From Leidyana gryllorum EB-2025a (Eukaryota > Protista > Apicomplexa), in the NCBI GenBank assembly GCA_048772705.1, contig JBLWGC010000043.1, forward strand, positions 310,001 through 374,000: 64,000 nt of DNA, read 5' to 3'. A program made the position numbers and the translations under genes. Positions 12,674 to 24,425 of the stretch are shown here, piece after piece (the stretch's first letter is position 1; each line of letters opens with the position of its first letter). The notes beneath the pieces are model-generated. The model was given only the letters and a program-made list of their open reading frames with translations, was not told where the DNA came from and did not search any database.

Positions 12674-14134
12674 TCACATCGCCATACTGCATGACGATAC
12701 GGGCCAGTTTACAGTGTCAAAACTGTACGACGACGATGTTTCATAGTCCTCCAATGACTCCTGTGTTCGTGTGTTGAGGAGTTCCGGACTCGACGGAGCC
12801 GTTGGTGATGCTTGAATGGGTACGTTAATAGAGCTCATGTCGACAGCCATCATTTGCGGCTGCAGCGGCTGCTGCTGGTGAGGAGGCGGAGGCGGCGGAG
12901 GGTTCGAGTACATGCCTTGCTTCATCCACTTTCCCACGTTTCCAGCTCCGGTGGCTTTGTACAGCATCGCCAACTCTGGGCTCAAGGCATGGGATGTCGA
13001 GTACATCGCGCCTGGGTCGGCAACCTTCTTCGCACGCCGCATCGCTGCTGTCGGCCGCGCTGGCGCAAACGGCTCCTCCAGCCGCAAACGCTGGCGCTGG
13101 GCCTGATGGAATTCTTCCATCTCATCAGCCACCATCGGCCGAGCTCGCTTTCGGCGCTGATGCGGTTCTTGGTTCGCAGACTGTGTGAACGGCTGGTGGT
13201 TGTGAAAGAAATCGGCAACATCGGGGGGATACCAATACAAAGGATTCCATTCGTCATTCGCACTGCGACCCACCGTGACGTGCTCCCAGGGTAGCGTTAC
13301 CTGCATATTAATGACATTCTTTGGCGAAAGCACGCATACGGGGTCGAGGCCACTAGGAGGGACTTTCGAGAAGTCGTCTTCGCTCCGTCTGATGATGTTG
13401 TTGCTGCCGCCATTCTCTGTCGTCGATATCCGCTTCCACGTGAACGAGCTCGGTAGCACCCCTACAGTAGACGAACCCCAATTTGTTTCTGCTGTCCCCA
13501 GCCCCTCTGTGTCGCTACAGTCACGCTGGGTCACCTTGCTGCCACCTGATCTGCCCGTATCTAGTCGTGTATCACATCGCACCATGCTGTAGCTGTCCAA
13601 CGAAATGAACACCGGCTCTCGTCCATTGGGAACGGGGCTCGAATGTATGCCGAATCCCTTCCCTCCCACTCCACTGTCTGTGCCAGTCGTACAAGTCGCA
13701 CCCATCGCTGACGTGGATACAGAACTGTCAAAAAACCCCACTGCTTTGCTCTGTTCATCCTCAGCTCCAAAGATAGATACATCGTCGTCGATACTTCCGT
13801 CCGAAGAGATACTAATCCCGCGCTGCATTAACATCGGTGGAATCCACTTGTAGATGCTACCAGTATCAAAGCTGCTGGTCTGCGCCGACTGTCTCCTCTC
13901 AGCAAACCTCACTTTCGCGCAAACAGCACAGATTCGCGCTTTCTTCTTCGTTCGTGTGAATGAGGAACCGCAAACTCTGCAGATGTCATCGACAATCTGC
14001 TTCGTTCTTTGCGTCAGACATGCTGGACAGAAACGACTTCGTTTGGCTGTGCGAAAAATAGTAGTCCCGCACTGCTGACACAAGTCGGGCTTGAGGCTCG
14101 TATCCCTGCCCCGACGTCGACCGCCCGTCCCCAT
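12674..14134 (-). CDS. Hypothetical protein with two N-terminal C4 zinc-ribbon-like repeats and a low-complexity Pro/Gln C-terminus; possible transcription regulator
   Basis: Long single ORF; CQQC..FCPAC and CRVC..ICAVC motifs; basic RRKRAR NLS-like patch. Confidence 0.7.
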   Translation of the reverse strand: MGTGGRRRGRDTSLKPDLCQQCGTTIFRTAKRSRFCPACLTQRTKQIVDDICRVCGSSFTRTKKKARICAVCAKVRFAERRQSAQTSSFDTGSIYKWIPPMLMQRGISISSDGSIDDDVSIFGAEDEQSKAVGFFDSSVSTSAMGATCTTGTDSGVGGKGFGIHSSPVPNGREPVFISLDSYSMVRCDTRLDTGRSGGSKVTQRDCSDTEGLGTAETNWGSSTVGVLPSSFTWKRISTTENGGSNNIIRRSEDDFSKVPPSGLDPVCVLSPKNVINMQVTLPWEHVTVGRSANDEWNPLYWYPPDVADFFHNHQPFTQSANQEPHQRRKRARPMVADEMEEFHQAQRQRLRLEEPFAPARPTAAMRRAKKVADPGAMYSTSHALSPELAMLYKATGAGNVGKWMKQGMYSNPPPPPPPHQQQPLQPQMMAVDMSSINVPIQASPTAPSSPELLNTRTQESLEDYETSSSYSFDTVNWPVSSCSMAM

Positions 14135-14256
14135 CGCACAGTACTGCTGATCGTGTGCTATAGCACCGTCACATACAAACACTCTAACGCCATACTTAGA
14201 ATCAGTCTCACTCAAATACAACTCAATCTAAAATGCAATTCAATCGCCAAGTTCAC

Positions 14257-15243
14257 TCAGGCTTCTTCGCCAACAACATAGTCGGGGTTGCATTAGGCAT
14301 GATAAACTTGCCGTCGAAACCCAAGTCTCCCTGATCGTTAATCCGCTTGCCATGACCGAGAAGGACGCTGATTGCAGCGCCAGCCATCGAATGGCCGTAC
14401 ATCAAAACCTGCAAACCATTCGTACACCGTCTCTCTCGAATGTCTCACCTTTGCACGACGTCCCTCAGCCTTGGCGGCCTTAACTTCGGGTTCGTTGTTA
14501 ACCGATTTCAAGAAGTTAGCCTCGCGCTTCAAGAGATCGACAAAGTTTTCAGACTCGTAGATCTTCCCATCACCTCCCCGATGGGGTTCAGGAGCCTTGA
14601 CCAACACGTTCTGATCGAGGTAGAACAGATGGCAGATGTCGTCCTCCTTCATGTAACGGAGTTGCATGTTATCCCAGCAACCGAACTGCTGCTCGCGGGC
14701 CTCGTAGTGTACACGGCACGGGATTTCAGGATGGTTCTTGAAGAAAGCCTCGCCTGTCTCAATTGCACGTCCCAACGGGCTGCACAGAATCAGATCAGGC
14801 TTGAAGGTTGACAAGGTTGATTCCATCTTCGCAGCGGCCTCCACTGCCTGCTGCTTTCCAACTTCATTCAACTGGTTCTCCCAGTAGTCGCAGAATCCTT
14901 GGTAGATACGCGGTTCAGTGTTACCCTCTGTCTTGCCGTGACGTACGTAGCACACGTCGTAGTCCAACTGGATCGGTTGGAACTCCGGAGCGTATCGCAC
15001 GTGGCAAGAGTTGAAATCGAGGATAATGCCAAGTGATTTCATGTCGTTGATCATTTGTTGCTTCTCCTCTGCGGACAGTTTATCCAGGTACTCCTTCTGG
15101 AATTTGGCTTGAGCGATGTCATGGCAAGCAGCAAAACGCTCGTACAAGGCTTTGACAGCTTCCGCTTCCTCTGCAGTCTTGCGCTGAGGCATCCAGCAGG
15201 GGCGGCCAACAACGCTCGGGCGTTCAGTGTTCATAACAGTCAT
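14257..15243 (-). CDS. Histidine phosphatase / phosphoglycerate mutase-family protein; one intron near 14409-14448
   Basis: YVRHGKTEGN (RHG motif), CSPLGRAIET and REQQFGCWD. The second exon supplies VLMYGHS (second His) and MPNATP. Confidence 0.88.
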
Positions 15244-15388
15244 TTTGCGCTAGAAAGTAGTAGTAAGTTGGTAGGAATAAGTGAAGTAAGAGAACAATGT
15301 GATGTGATTCTGATTTTCGTTATTCAATAGGCTTCAGATCACTTGGGACACGTACAAAAAATGTATCTTCACCACTTGTGGGAATTTG

Positions 15389-16180
15389 ATGGACGCTTGC
15401 GCTAGTCACGCCTTGCGGTCCTTTTGGGATGCTATTCTGACTGCTTCCGAGGATGCGGAAAGGATCTTAGACAATGGTGAAGGAAAAGAGGTCTCGATGG
15501 CCAAGCTGTTTGGTGTGTTCGTTCAACTGTGTCCTGACTTGGAGGTGGTGGCGGGGGGTCTAACGCCGCAGATTGTGCATGAAGACCCTCTGAAAGATGG
15601 AGACGCGGTCAGACGAGCCGCCAGACCCAGTCCATCCAGCCGTATGACCACATACAATCGCCAATACAGTCCGGAAGTCACGGCTGTACAAGACGTGAGA
15701 ATCCCGGAACTAAAACTGCAGTGGGAGGTCACGACTTTCTTTCCAAACGGTATGCAATGGACGAAAACGCTGGCCGACGGTGAAGATGTCCGTAAAATAG
15801 CTTGTGTGGGTGACCAACCGGCCGATAGCTCGGCGGTGCGGCGGCGGGAGCGGCTGATGCGTCTTCATGAAATATTCAGGGACAATCCCGAGGTGCGTCG
15901 CTCCGGAGGATTCACGGGAGGGGCTTGTGCTGGGAGTACATTGGACGGAGTGTTGCGGAAACTGTCGTGCGGAATATGCCTGCGATCGTTAAGACATTCG
16001 AAGCCGGAGGATGAAGCGGACGAGACTGATCGGCTCGGTGTTGGACAATGTGGGCACGTACTATGCATTCAGTGTTTAACTTCGCTGAAGGCCCGGGGGC
16101 AGAAGTGCCCGACTTGTCGACAATCGATCGGGTCAATTACTTTCTTGCAGCTACGACCATATCATGAGCACAGTGGATAG
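15389..16180 (+). CDS. RING-HC (C3HC4) E3 ubiquitin ligase-like protein
   Basis: C-terminal CGIC..CGHVLCIQC..KCPTCR. Confidence 0.85.
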   Translation: MDACASHALRSFWDAILTASEDAERILDNGEGKEVSMAKLFGVFVQLCPDLEVVAGGLTPQIVHEDPLKDGDAVRRAARPSPSSRMTTYNRQYSPEVTAVQDVRIPELKLQWEVTTFFPNGMQWTKTLADGEDVRKIACVGDQPADSSAVRRRERLMRLHEIFRDNPEVRRSGGFTGGACAGSTLDGVLRKLSCGICLRSLRHSKPEDEADETDRLGVGQCGHVLCIQCLTSLKARGQKCPTCRQSIGSITFLQLRPYHEHSG

Positions 16181-16380
16181 TTGGGATGCTGCATCGTCTG
16201 GCACCGGGGTATGGGTGCCGGATGTTTTTCGACAAGACTGAGTTGTTTGGAGGGCATGAGGAGGTAGGGGAAAGATGTACGTTGGGGAAGGGTGACACCC
16301 TTGACTAAAATTCACCAGCTGTTAATCGTTGTTGGGCTTTCACTTTGTCAGTCCAGCTATTTGCGCTAACCTTTCGACCC

Positions 16381-16935
16381 CTAGAGTTCGTCTGGTAGTT
16401 CCAGTTTCGGTTGCGAGTGCCAAGGTGCATGGATTTTTGAGTCTGCACATAGCTTAGGGTTGTTGTTCAGGACGTTATCACAAACTGATTTCATGACGTA
16501 ACCGTGTGCGTTCTTAGCTGCTTTGGACCACATTTGACGATCTTTGACCTTTCCTTCCATAGCGTCAAAGACTAGATCAACTGATCTGCGCATCGAGGCT
16601 GCCAAATAAAGGGTAGCCTTCTGCAGTTGTGCTCTCTGAGATTCCGAGAGATGCGCGTCCCCAGGCAAAATCTTAGATAGGGTCTTTGTCTCATCCAGTG
16701 TCTTTTGTAAGCTCCGGAGGAGCTTTGTCAGCACTCGGACTTCGAGCTGCGACATCTCTAGAAGCTGTTGGTCACTGAGCCCCTTCAAGGCGGCATCCGC
16801 AATAGGCTCGTCAACACCGTGCTTCACAAAATGGTCATGAACCCAGGTTGGCTTTCGGCGCCAAGGTACCCAGAAGGCCTCAACGCTACACACCAGCGTG
16901 GCCAGCAGAGCCACGAACAAAGAGATGGTTCGCAT
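16381..16935 (-). CDS. Hypothetical secretory-pathway protein with signal peptide and C-terminal PDEL
   Basis: MRTISLFVALLATLVCSVEA signal peptide, helical body, ends LPDEL (xDEL ER-retention-like). Confidence 0.75.
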   Translation of the reverse strand: MRTISLFVALLATLVCSVEAFWVPWRRKPTWVHDHFVKHGVDEPIADAALKGLSDQQLLEMSQLEVRVLTKLLRSLQKTLDETKTLSKILPGDAHLSESQRAQLQKATLYLAASMRRSVDLVFDAMEGKVKDRQMWSKAAKNAHGYVMKSVCDNVLNNNPKLCADSKIHAPWHSQPKLELPDEL

Positions 16936-17017
16936 GAGGGAGGAAAAAAAGACTACGTAGCTTGACTCGCAAAAGGACCGAAACCCTTTTGACTGACCTC
17001 TGGGACCTCCGGTTAAA

Positions 17018-18843
17018 ATGGATGACACATATGATGTGAGTCACTGGATGGAAGATGCATTCACTTGTTGCCGCAGGTTGTTGTATGCGGCACAGGCTTC
17101 AAGGAATGTATTTTGAGCGGGCTGTTATCGCTTCATAGTGGGTGTGATGTCGGTGCCGCTCTCCATTATTATTCGGCTGCCGCTGGTAATCCGTAGGTAA
17201 AAAAGTATTGCACTTGGATCGCAATTCTTACTATGGGGGCGAGTCAGCAAGTCTCAACCTCACTAATCTGTTCGCCAAGTTTGAACCAGGTACCACACCA
17301 CCTGAGAGCTGGGGTGCCAACCGGTATTGGAATGTCGATGTAATCCCCAAATTCATCATGGCTGGGGGGGAACTCGTGAAGATCCTTGTCAAATCACAGG
17401 TCAAAGACTATCTCGAGTTCAAGGTACGCCTCGAAACTCCTTCTTCGATTTCAACTCTACACGCCCATCTTCTTCGATTGTGTCTCACAGGTTGTTGAAG
17501 GTACCTATGTCTACCAGCATCAAAAGGGCGGATGGTTTACGAGTGAGAAGTTCATTCACAAAGTCCCATCGAGCGACACGGAAGCCTTGACTTCCTCTCT
17601 GATCCCTTACACCGAGAAACTGGCGTAAGTCGCCCCGCCTCTCCCCACTCATCGTCCATCAATAGTGGGAAGAAATTCTTTGTCTTCGCCATGAATTGGG
17701 ACCGAAATGATCCGAAGACTTGGGGAAGTGAGTTCCACAACGCCAAGCAGCTGTCGATTGGTTTCCCCCCACAGAGTTTGATCCGGAGAAGACACCGATG
17801 TCTGACGTGTACAAAAGCTTCAGCCTGCAGCCCAACACCATCGACTTTATTGGCCACGCCTTGGCCCTCTATTCGACCGATGAGTGAGCAATGAATGTCG
17901 TATCGACGATGAAACTTGACGCCTCTCTCCCTCGCTAATCACCAGCTACCTGACGAGACCAATGGGGGAGACGATGGATCGGTTCCGGCTGTATCTGAAC
18001 TCTCTGGTCCGTTACGGCAGTTCTCCCTTCATCTATCCGATGTACGGATTGGGTGTAATTCCTGAGGGTTTCTCACGTCTCTCAGCCGTGAATGGCGGCA
18101 CCTACATGCTGCAAAAGCCTGTCAAGGAGTTCCAGTATGATGCGGACGGAAAAGTTTGCGGTGTGGTGGCGGAGGACGGAGAGGTCGCCAAGTGCAACAT
18201 GGTGATCTGTGATCCGTCTTACGTCATGGGAACGGATAAAATCAAAAAGTCCGGCCAAGTCATTCGGGCCATCAACATACTGAATGCACCCATTCCAAAC
18301 ACAGGAGATCGCAAGAGCTGTCAGATCATCATGCCGCAAAAGCAACTTGGGCGCAAGCACGACGTGTACATTGCGATGATTAGCAGTACCCACGGAGTGG
18401 CAGCTGAAGGGAAGTACATTGCTTTGGTGTCTACGGTCATTGAGACGGGCGACCCAATGAAAGGTGAGCAGCAGTCTTCGAATGAAATGGAATACTTTTC
18501 GGTCCACCAGAAATCGAGCCGGCTGTGAAGCTCTTGGGTCCGGTGGAGAAGCAGTTTGTAAGCGTCAGTGATCTGTGGGAAGCGACAAACGACGGTTCCA
18601 AGGACAACGTGAGTGTCTCGGCCACAAGCGGGCTTCCACTCATTCCATTTCGCTTGGTGCAGGTGTATGTGACTCACAGTTACGACGCGTCGTCCCACTT
18701 TGAGTCTGCCACGGAAGATGTATTGAGAGTGTAAGTTTGGGGTCGTGAGAGTGCCGGTGAGACAGTTCGACAGGTGGAAGAACATCACTGGGTCTGATTT
18801 GGATTTGAATGTTAAACCTCGCACAGAGGAACCTAACGAGTGA
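17018..18843 (+). CDS. GDI: Rab GDP-dissociation inhibitor, about 10 exons
   Basis: MDDTYD|[74 protein letters not shown] and YDASSHFE. Confidence 0.97.
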
Positions 18844-18865
18844 TTATTGATTGATGAGAGTGGTC

Positions 18866-20111
18866 TCAAGCCGAGGGATGTAACACGGGTTGCTGGGAGT
18901 TTTGAGGGAGTGAGGGATCCAGCGGGGGTTGAGATGACTGATCAGTCTGCTTTGTAGCTACTCCAGTGGCAGCTGAGAAGTCAGAGTAAGTCTCATCCGA
19001 AGTCGAATTTAGATGCGCGTGTTTGGCGGCCGCGACTGGATCCACCAAATTGAGCAACTGGGCAATCCACTTCTTGATCGCAGCATCATCTTTGATCTGG
19101 GGGGCGAAAGCGTCACTCCTACAAACGCATTTTTCGCTCAAACAATCATCGAACAATGTGTGTCCACCTACCAGAACGCCTCGGGCAAGCAATGCTTGAA
19201 GGCCTCACGCGCCCTTCGATTGTCGCAGAGCCGCAAATAGCAACGCACTATGTGCTTTAAAAGCCGGGGACTGGGAGGATCTTCTTTATTGTTCAGCATT
19301 GACGCCAAAACAGACGAAACGGCATAGAAGCGCTCCGCCGTGGCACATAAGTGCGCCAATCCTTCATCATAGCTCAGGACCTTTTGCACAATGAAAGTCG
19401 CGACCTGATGGAATCGTAATCCGGGTGATATTGCGGTTTGACCCACCGTTTGAGACAGTTCACTCCCAGCGTCCATAATTCTTAGACACAGCGGCACAAT
19501 CTCACTCTGCAAGAGGAATCTGAGCACATCTATGTCATCCCCCTTGACCAGTGCTCCAACAACCCCCAAAGCTGTGAGTCTCAAGTACTCCAGCGCGCGA
19601 TTATTGGAGACGCTGTTCAGGAAGGGATAGAGATAGAGGGGAATATGAGCTGTCGGGAAGAGAAGAGAGTAAGAATGGGCAGCAGAAGGGGCGGGCTTAC
19701 CCTTGAGGCAAAGATGTTTGGTCTCTGGGTGCGAAGCCACGCACTGCAGGAGGGCGAGACAGTTGCAAACTCTATGGCTTTGCGGACCCGTCAATACAGG
19801 TGGATAGAGTTTGGGACTGGCATAGATGACTCGATATGTCAGGAAGGGCTCGTTTGTGACGTTACGGCTTACTATACGGCAACAATCTCTTGCAGGAAGG
19901 CGGCAATAGTGCCAAAGGAGAACCATAGATAGGGGGCCAGGTTGGGTAGGGACTCCCGCTTTTTACTGAGCTCCAGCAAAGCCGAATCTCTCGAATTGAC
20001 TTGGGTAATATTCAGTATGAGCTCGCACATGCGCTGCTCCTCTGCATTCTGAGGCTGGGCTGGCAAACCAGTGGCAGCAAACCCTGGGGCTAGCTGTAAC
20101 TCTTCAGCCAT
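18866..20111 (-). CDS. CNOT9: CCR4-NOT subunit CAF40/Rcd1 (CNOT9); four introns
   Basis: [72 protein letters not shown] and [16 protein letters not shown]. Confidence 0.96.
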
Positions 20112-20151
20112 GACCGGACGAAGGTTTTTTCTTTAGAGGTGCAAGCATGCA

Positions 20152-23100
20152 ATGAGGGCCAAGTCATCGGCTCTGGAGAGGCTCAGGAGTCTATTCACGC
20201 CAGGCAAAGTGGCGGAGGATGAGGAAACTCACTTTGTGGAACACGGTCGTCGAAAGACTCGGGGGTCAACTGCAGTGCCTCCGCGGCTGAACCTGCTCGA
20301 TCATTCCGGGGTGACCGTCCCTGACTCGGAAGGAGGTGGGTGGCCGCGGAAGCATCGCAGACGAGCCCGTCGGACCCCGGCGCATGACGGTTTCCCGAGC
20401 TCAGTAGGACTGGCGTCTCTGGATGCCGGAGGAGGACTATATCAGGTTTCAACGGTGGAAACTATATCACTACAGCCCGCACAACCGGTCGATCGATCCC
20501 AAATCGAACACCCTGGACTGCGGCCGGGAATGATAACCCGCCTGAATGTGGTGGCCCCGGTCTACGCTGGCCGTCAACTGGCTCCGAGTGCTCTGCTACG
20601 AATGCTTGAACAACAACACGCCGCCAGAGCTGCCGCTACTCACCATCAGATCCAACAACCACTTTCTTCTACAGCTTCTATACCACAGTCACAAGTCCGT
20701 CCAATGGCTCCCACTCATCAGGCACCTACCTCCGTCTTTGAATGCCATACTCAAAGTATCTTTACCCACGACAGTCGTAGCGAAATAGTCCATACCAGAA
20801 GCGGAGACGCGAAGCGTGTTGATGTTCCTCCTCAAAGTCTACATATATCAGCCAAGCCCGCCACCTCACAGCCCCCACCCGAAGTTTCGTCCTTGTCGCA
20901 CGCACCTGCTGAAGGTGTTGGCAAGTATCACACCTTACCTCTCCAGCCGCCGCCTCCTCCTCCCCCCCCCCAAAGCACCTCTGGTGCGTCTTGCGAGTCT
21001 GTAAACATATCTGCACAGCCGAGCGACTTCAGGGGGGTCCACCCTAATGTGCGCAGTCTTGTTGATCACTCTTCTCTTACGCCGTTACAGCCAGTTCCTA
21101 CTCAAACTAATTCCCATAACACGGGAGAGTCACCCATGTGGACACAGGTTGCAGGACCCACCCAACTGGGCGGGGGCGCTGTTCGACCCTTCCACGCACC
21201 GCTTCCCAGTGACTCTTGGAGTACCGAGACGGGACCCAGAGCCGCCCCACCGGTCCTTCCACCGCTGCCCCAGTACACGCGACCCCCACCATTCAGTGTA
21301 GTACCCACACCCGCTCCCCCTACTCCACCACTACAGTCTTTCACTGATGGCCTGATTTTCCCCGATGGATATGGCCCACGACCGCCGTCCGGTGTCATTG
21401 GAGAACCTCTCCCCCAAACTAATCCTCGCCACCACGAGGAGATCTTCCAAGCGCGGGTACCAATGGAAGCGATCACTCCCACGCGAGTCCAACCCAATCA
21501 CGCAATGGTTTGTCGTTCCGTGTCTGCATCGCGTGGGTCCACCACAACAAAGAGCCATCCCGCTCGATCCTTACGGCGCTCCAACACTCGTTCTCTACAA
21601 TTCCAACGCACTCCATGTACCACTAATACCGAAGTCAGCAGTCAAGAGCAAACAAGTCCAGCGGATACATATCGAACAGCGGAACTTGAGCTGTCTACTC
21701 CCATCGGAGAACCCTTCCCCTTCCTCAATACTGCTGAAGGAGTGGTGAGACCCTTCTTACGGAGCCACACTCCGACCAAACTGCTGCCGGACAAACTATT
21801 GTCGAGCCACTTCCAGCCTCTCAACACCCCATCCACAGCGCTGGGTGACTCTCGGCCCGACATGCTGGGCTTATTGGACTCAGCATCTCCAATGGGGGAA
21901 AGCCCCATTGAGGACCCCCCTCAAACCCCACTGCGACAGACTTCCGGTCACGTAGAGTCGCCACGAGCGCCGCTGCCTCGAGCATATCTGGGCACGTCTC
22001 AACCGGAATCCCCGAGAGCTTCGGCGAAAGCGGAGCCCGCCATAACGATCCCGCCTTTCCCAATGGGCCCGCCCCCTGCCATATTATCCAAAGCTCCAAC
22101 CTTTGTCGAGTTTGTCGCTGGTCTACTGGCCACCGAAGGCTTCACAGTCCGGTTAGAGCCCCACAACGGTCACGAGGGTGCGCGACCCGCCCAACATAAG
22201 TTGACACTGTGTGACGAAGGATTTGAGGAGTTGGTGGCTGAAAGAGAGGCACACTTCCTCGATGGACTGGGCAATGGATGGGAGTGTGCACCCGAGCCCT
22301 TGCGATCAGCGGTCAAATTGTTCAGCCAAGCGACTCTGCATCAGACAAGCGACACACAGCCCTCAAACCTCTTCGTGGACGCGTCGGGGGCCCCTTCCAA
22401 CATACAGACGCAACTGTTGGCGCACATCTATAACGCTGCGCAGCACAAAGAAGTATTCGTCAGCTATTTTGGGTGAGTCAACTTGGAGCAGAAGAAGATC
22501 ACTCTCCTATTTATTATCTCCAGGATTGGTCCGAAAGGTTTTGATCCAAGTTTTGATGTTCCGAAATATATGGAGAAGCGAAGGATTCAGAACTCGATTA
22601 GACGTTTCATGGAATTCTCGCTCGAAGGCTTCCTGCAAGCCTCAGACAGGACACAGAGATATCTACCGAATGAGATCGCTTCCTATCTGAGCGGTGCTCT
22701 CGTCCGCCCCGACATCCTGTCGCGGATGCTACGCGCCCAATATCAGTATCTGCGCACCCACTCATCTAATCCGGTCGACGGGGAACCGTTTTCGGTAACG
22801 CAAATGGATGAAGCTATTGCAGCACTGGGATGGTGGCCTCAAGAGCTGACCGAGGCTGACCGAAGAGAGATCCTCCAAGCTATCGCACTCTGTACGGTCG
22901 AAAGCCAAATTCAGTTTGCGAGACAGGAAGAAATGCCCGAGTGAGTCAACAAGTAGTCCAACTCAACGTTCGTATATCATTGATTGCCTCCAATAGATAC
23001 GTGACCGAGAGAGCATATGTGGCAGCACTGAGTTGTCTTCCAATGAATCAGCCCGACTTTGTGCACACCGCTGACTCTTGTACTGCTTGGACCAATGAGG

Positions 23101-24389
23101 AGCTGAACAGACGGTTGAGCCGCATCGTGGCCGCGGCCGATCAACTGGCCGCATGTGTAACATTGGAAGAATGGACCAATGATGAGTCAGATTTGGCTCA
23201 TTTGCGGCTTTTCAACGCTGCCGACCCGAAACAGCATTTCTGTGAGTGAACATTAGAGAGGCTTTGTCCCCAAACGGCCATATCGCAGCACTTCAACGAT
23301 TCCAATTGCGGAGCTGTCTCCGTTCGTGCACATATACCGCACAAGTGAGTTTGCAACATCTGTCGCTCTATCGATTATCCGCTCGCAGGACTTCCTATTG
23401 TCCAACTGTGTATCAATCGAAGAGTTACAGATTCAATGTATATTGGGAACTGATTGGTGGGAACGTTTCATTGTCGCAAGTCCCGAGTGGAGCATGGAGG
23501 AAATTGGAACAGAAGTTCCCGTGTGTCAAAAGGGAAGCGATGGAGGCGGAGATCCCCAGATGATAGATCTTCGACTCTTGTCGTTCGCTATCGAGTACAT
23601 GGTCGGGCTATGTAGCGTCAAAATGAGTAGCTCCGAAAAGTACGTTCGATAATCACCAGGGCCTCAATACATGTACACACACACATTCAGATACTCGGTC
23701 CGATGTCCGCTGTCGAGCCTCGCTGTCCGCATAAACCCGCAAGAGGTGGCGGAGCGTCCGTCCAAGTTACCGATTCCACCGACGGAGGCTTGTTTGCCGT
23801 TGCGTCCGCGGAAGGAGAGTACAATGAATGAGGATTCAAACGAGAAGAGTCGTAAAGATCTACTGTTACCAGCCTTGACGGTCAAGATTCTCACTCCGAG
23901 AGAAGTCAAATCACCACGGCCGGCTCCAGTTCAAGCTCAACCCCTGATTGATTGGATGAGTGAGAATAACACGGGACAGAAAATTCGTCTGTCTGGAGCT
24001 GCCCGAGGCTCGGAGGCTCTGGAACCTGTGCAGGTCTCGAGCGATCTGCTCCATGTGTTGGTATTACTACATGCGGATGAAACATTGATGGGAGTGCAGA
24101 AGCTTTTCAATCCTCCCCCTCAAACAGCCAACGGTCCGGCTCCAATCCCACTATCAGATGCTCGGCTTCACGAAGGTGGTAAGCTATCGGGAGGGAAGAG
24201 CTGGTTTGAATGTACATTTGTCGTTTAGATCCGAGCCAATGGGCGGCATTCTGGCAGCAGGGGTTGGAGAGCTCAGGTCACGCTGTGGGATTAGCGTACA
24301 GCGGGAGCTGGGGACCTCTACGATGGAACAGTCTGCGAGAACTGGCGCTTGTCTACTCTCAAATCCGTCAGACTCCAGTTCAGGTTTAA
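20152..24389 (+). CDS. Large multi-exon hypothetical protein with a Pro/Ser-rich disordered N-half and an uncharacterised helical C-half
   Basis: 774-aa first exon, then consecutive ORFs each ending at a GTGAGT/GTACGT/GTAAGC donor; the last two junctions were checked in frame (e.g. 23640-23690). Stop TAA at 24387-24389. Confidence 0.65.
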
Positions 24390-24425
24390 TGTGAAAATTT
24401 TGAACAGTAAGAATGCCTTCTCAAC

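Noticed and set aside
17018-18843. Fragmented ORFs suggesting pseudogenes, frameshifts or an alternative genetic code
   Set aside because: The breaks I checked are explained by canonical GT-AG introns that restore conserved motifs under the standard code.
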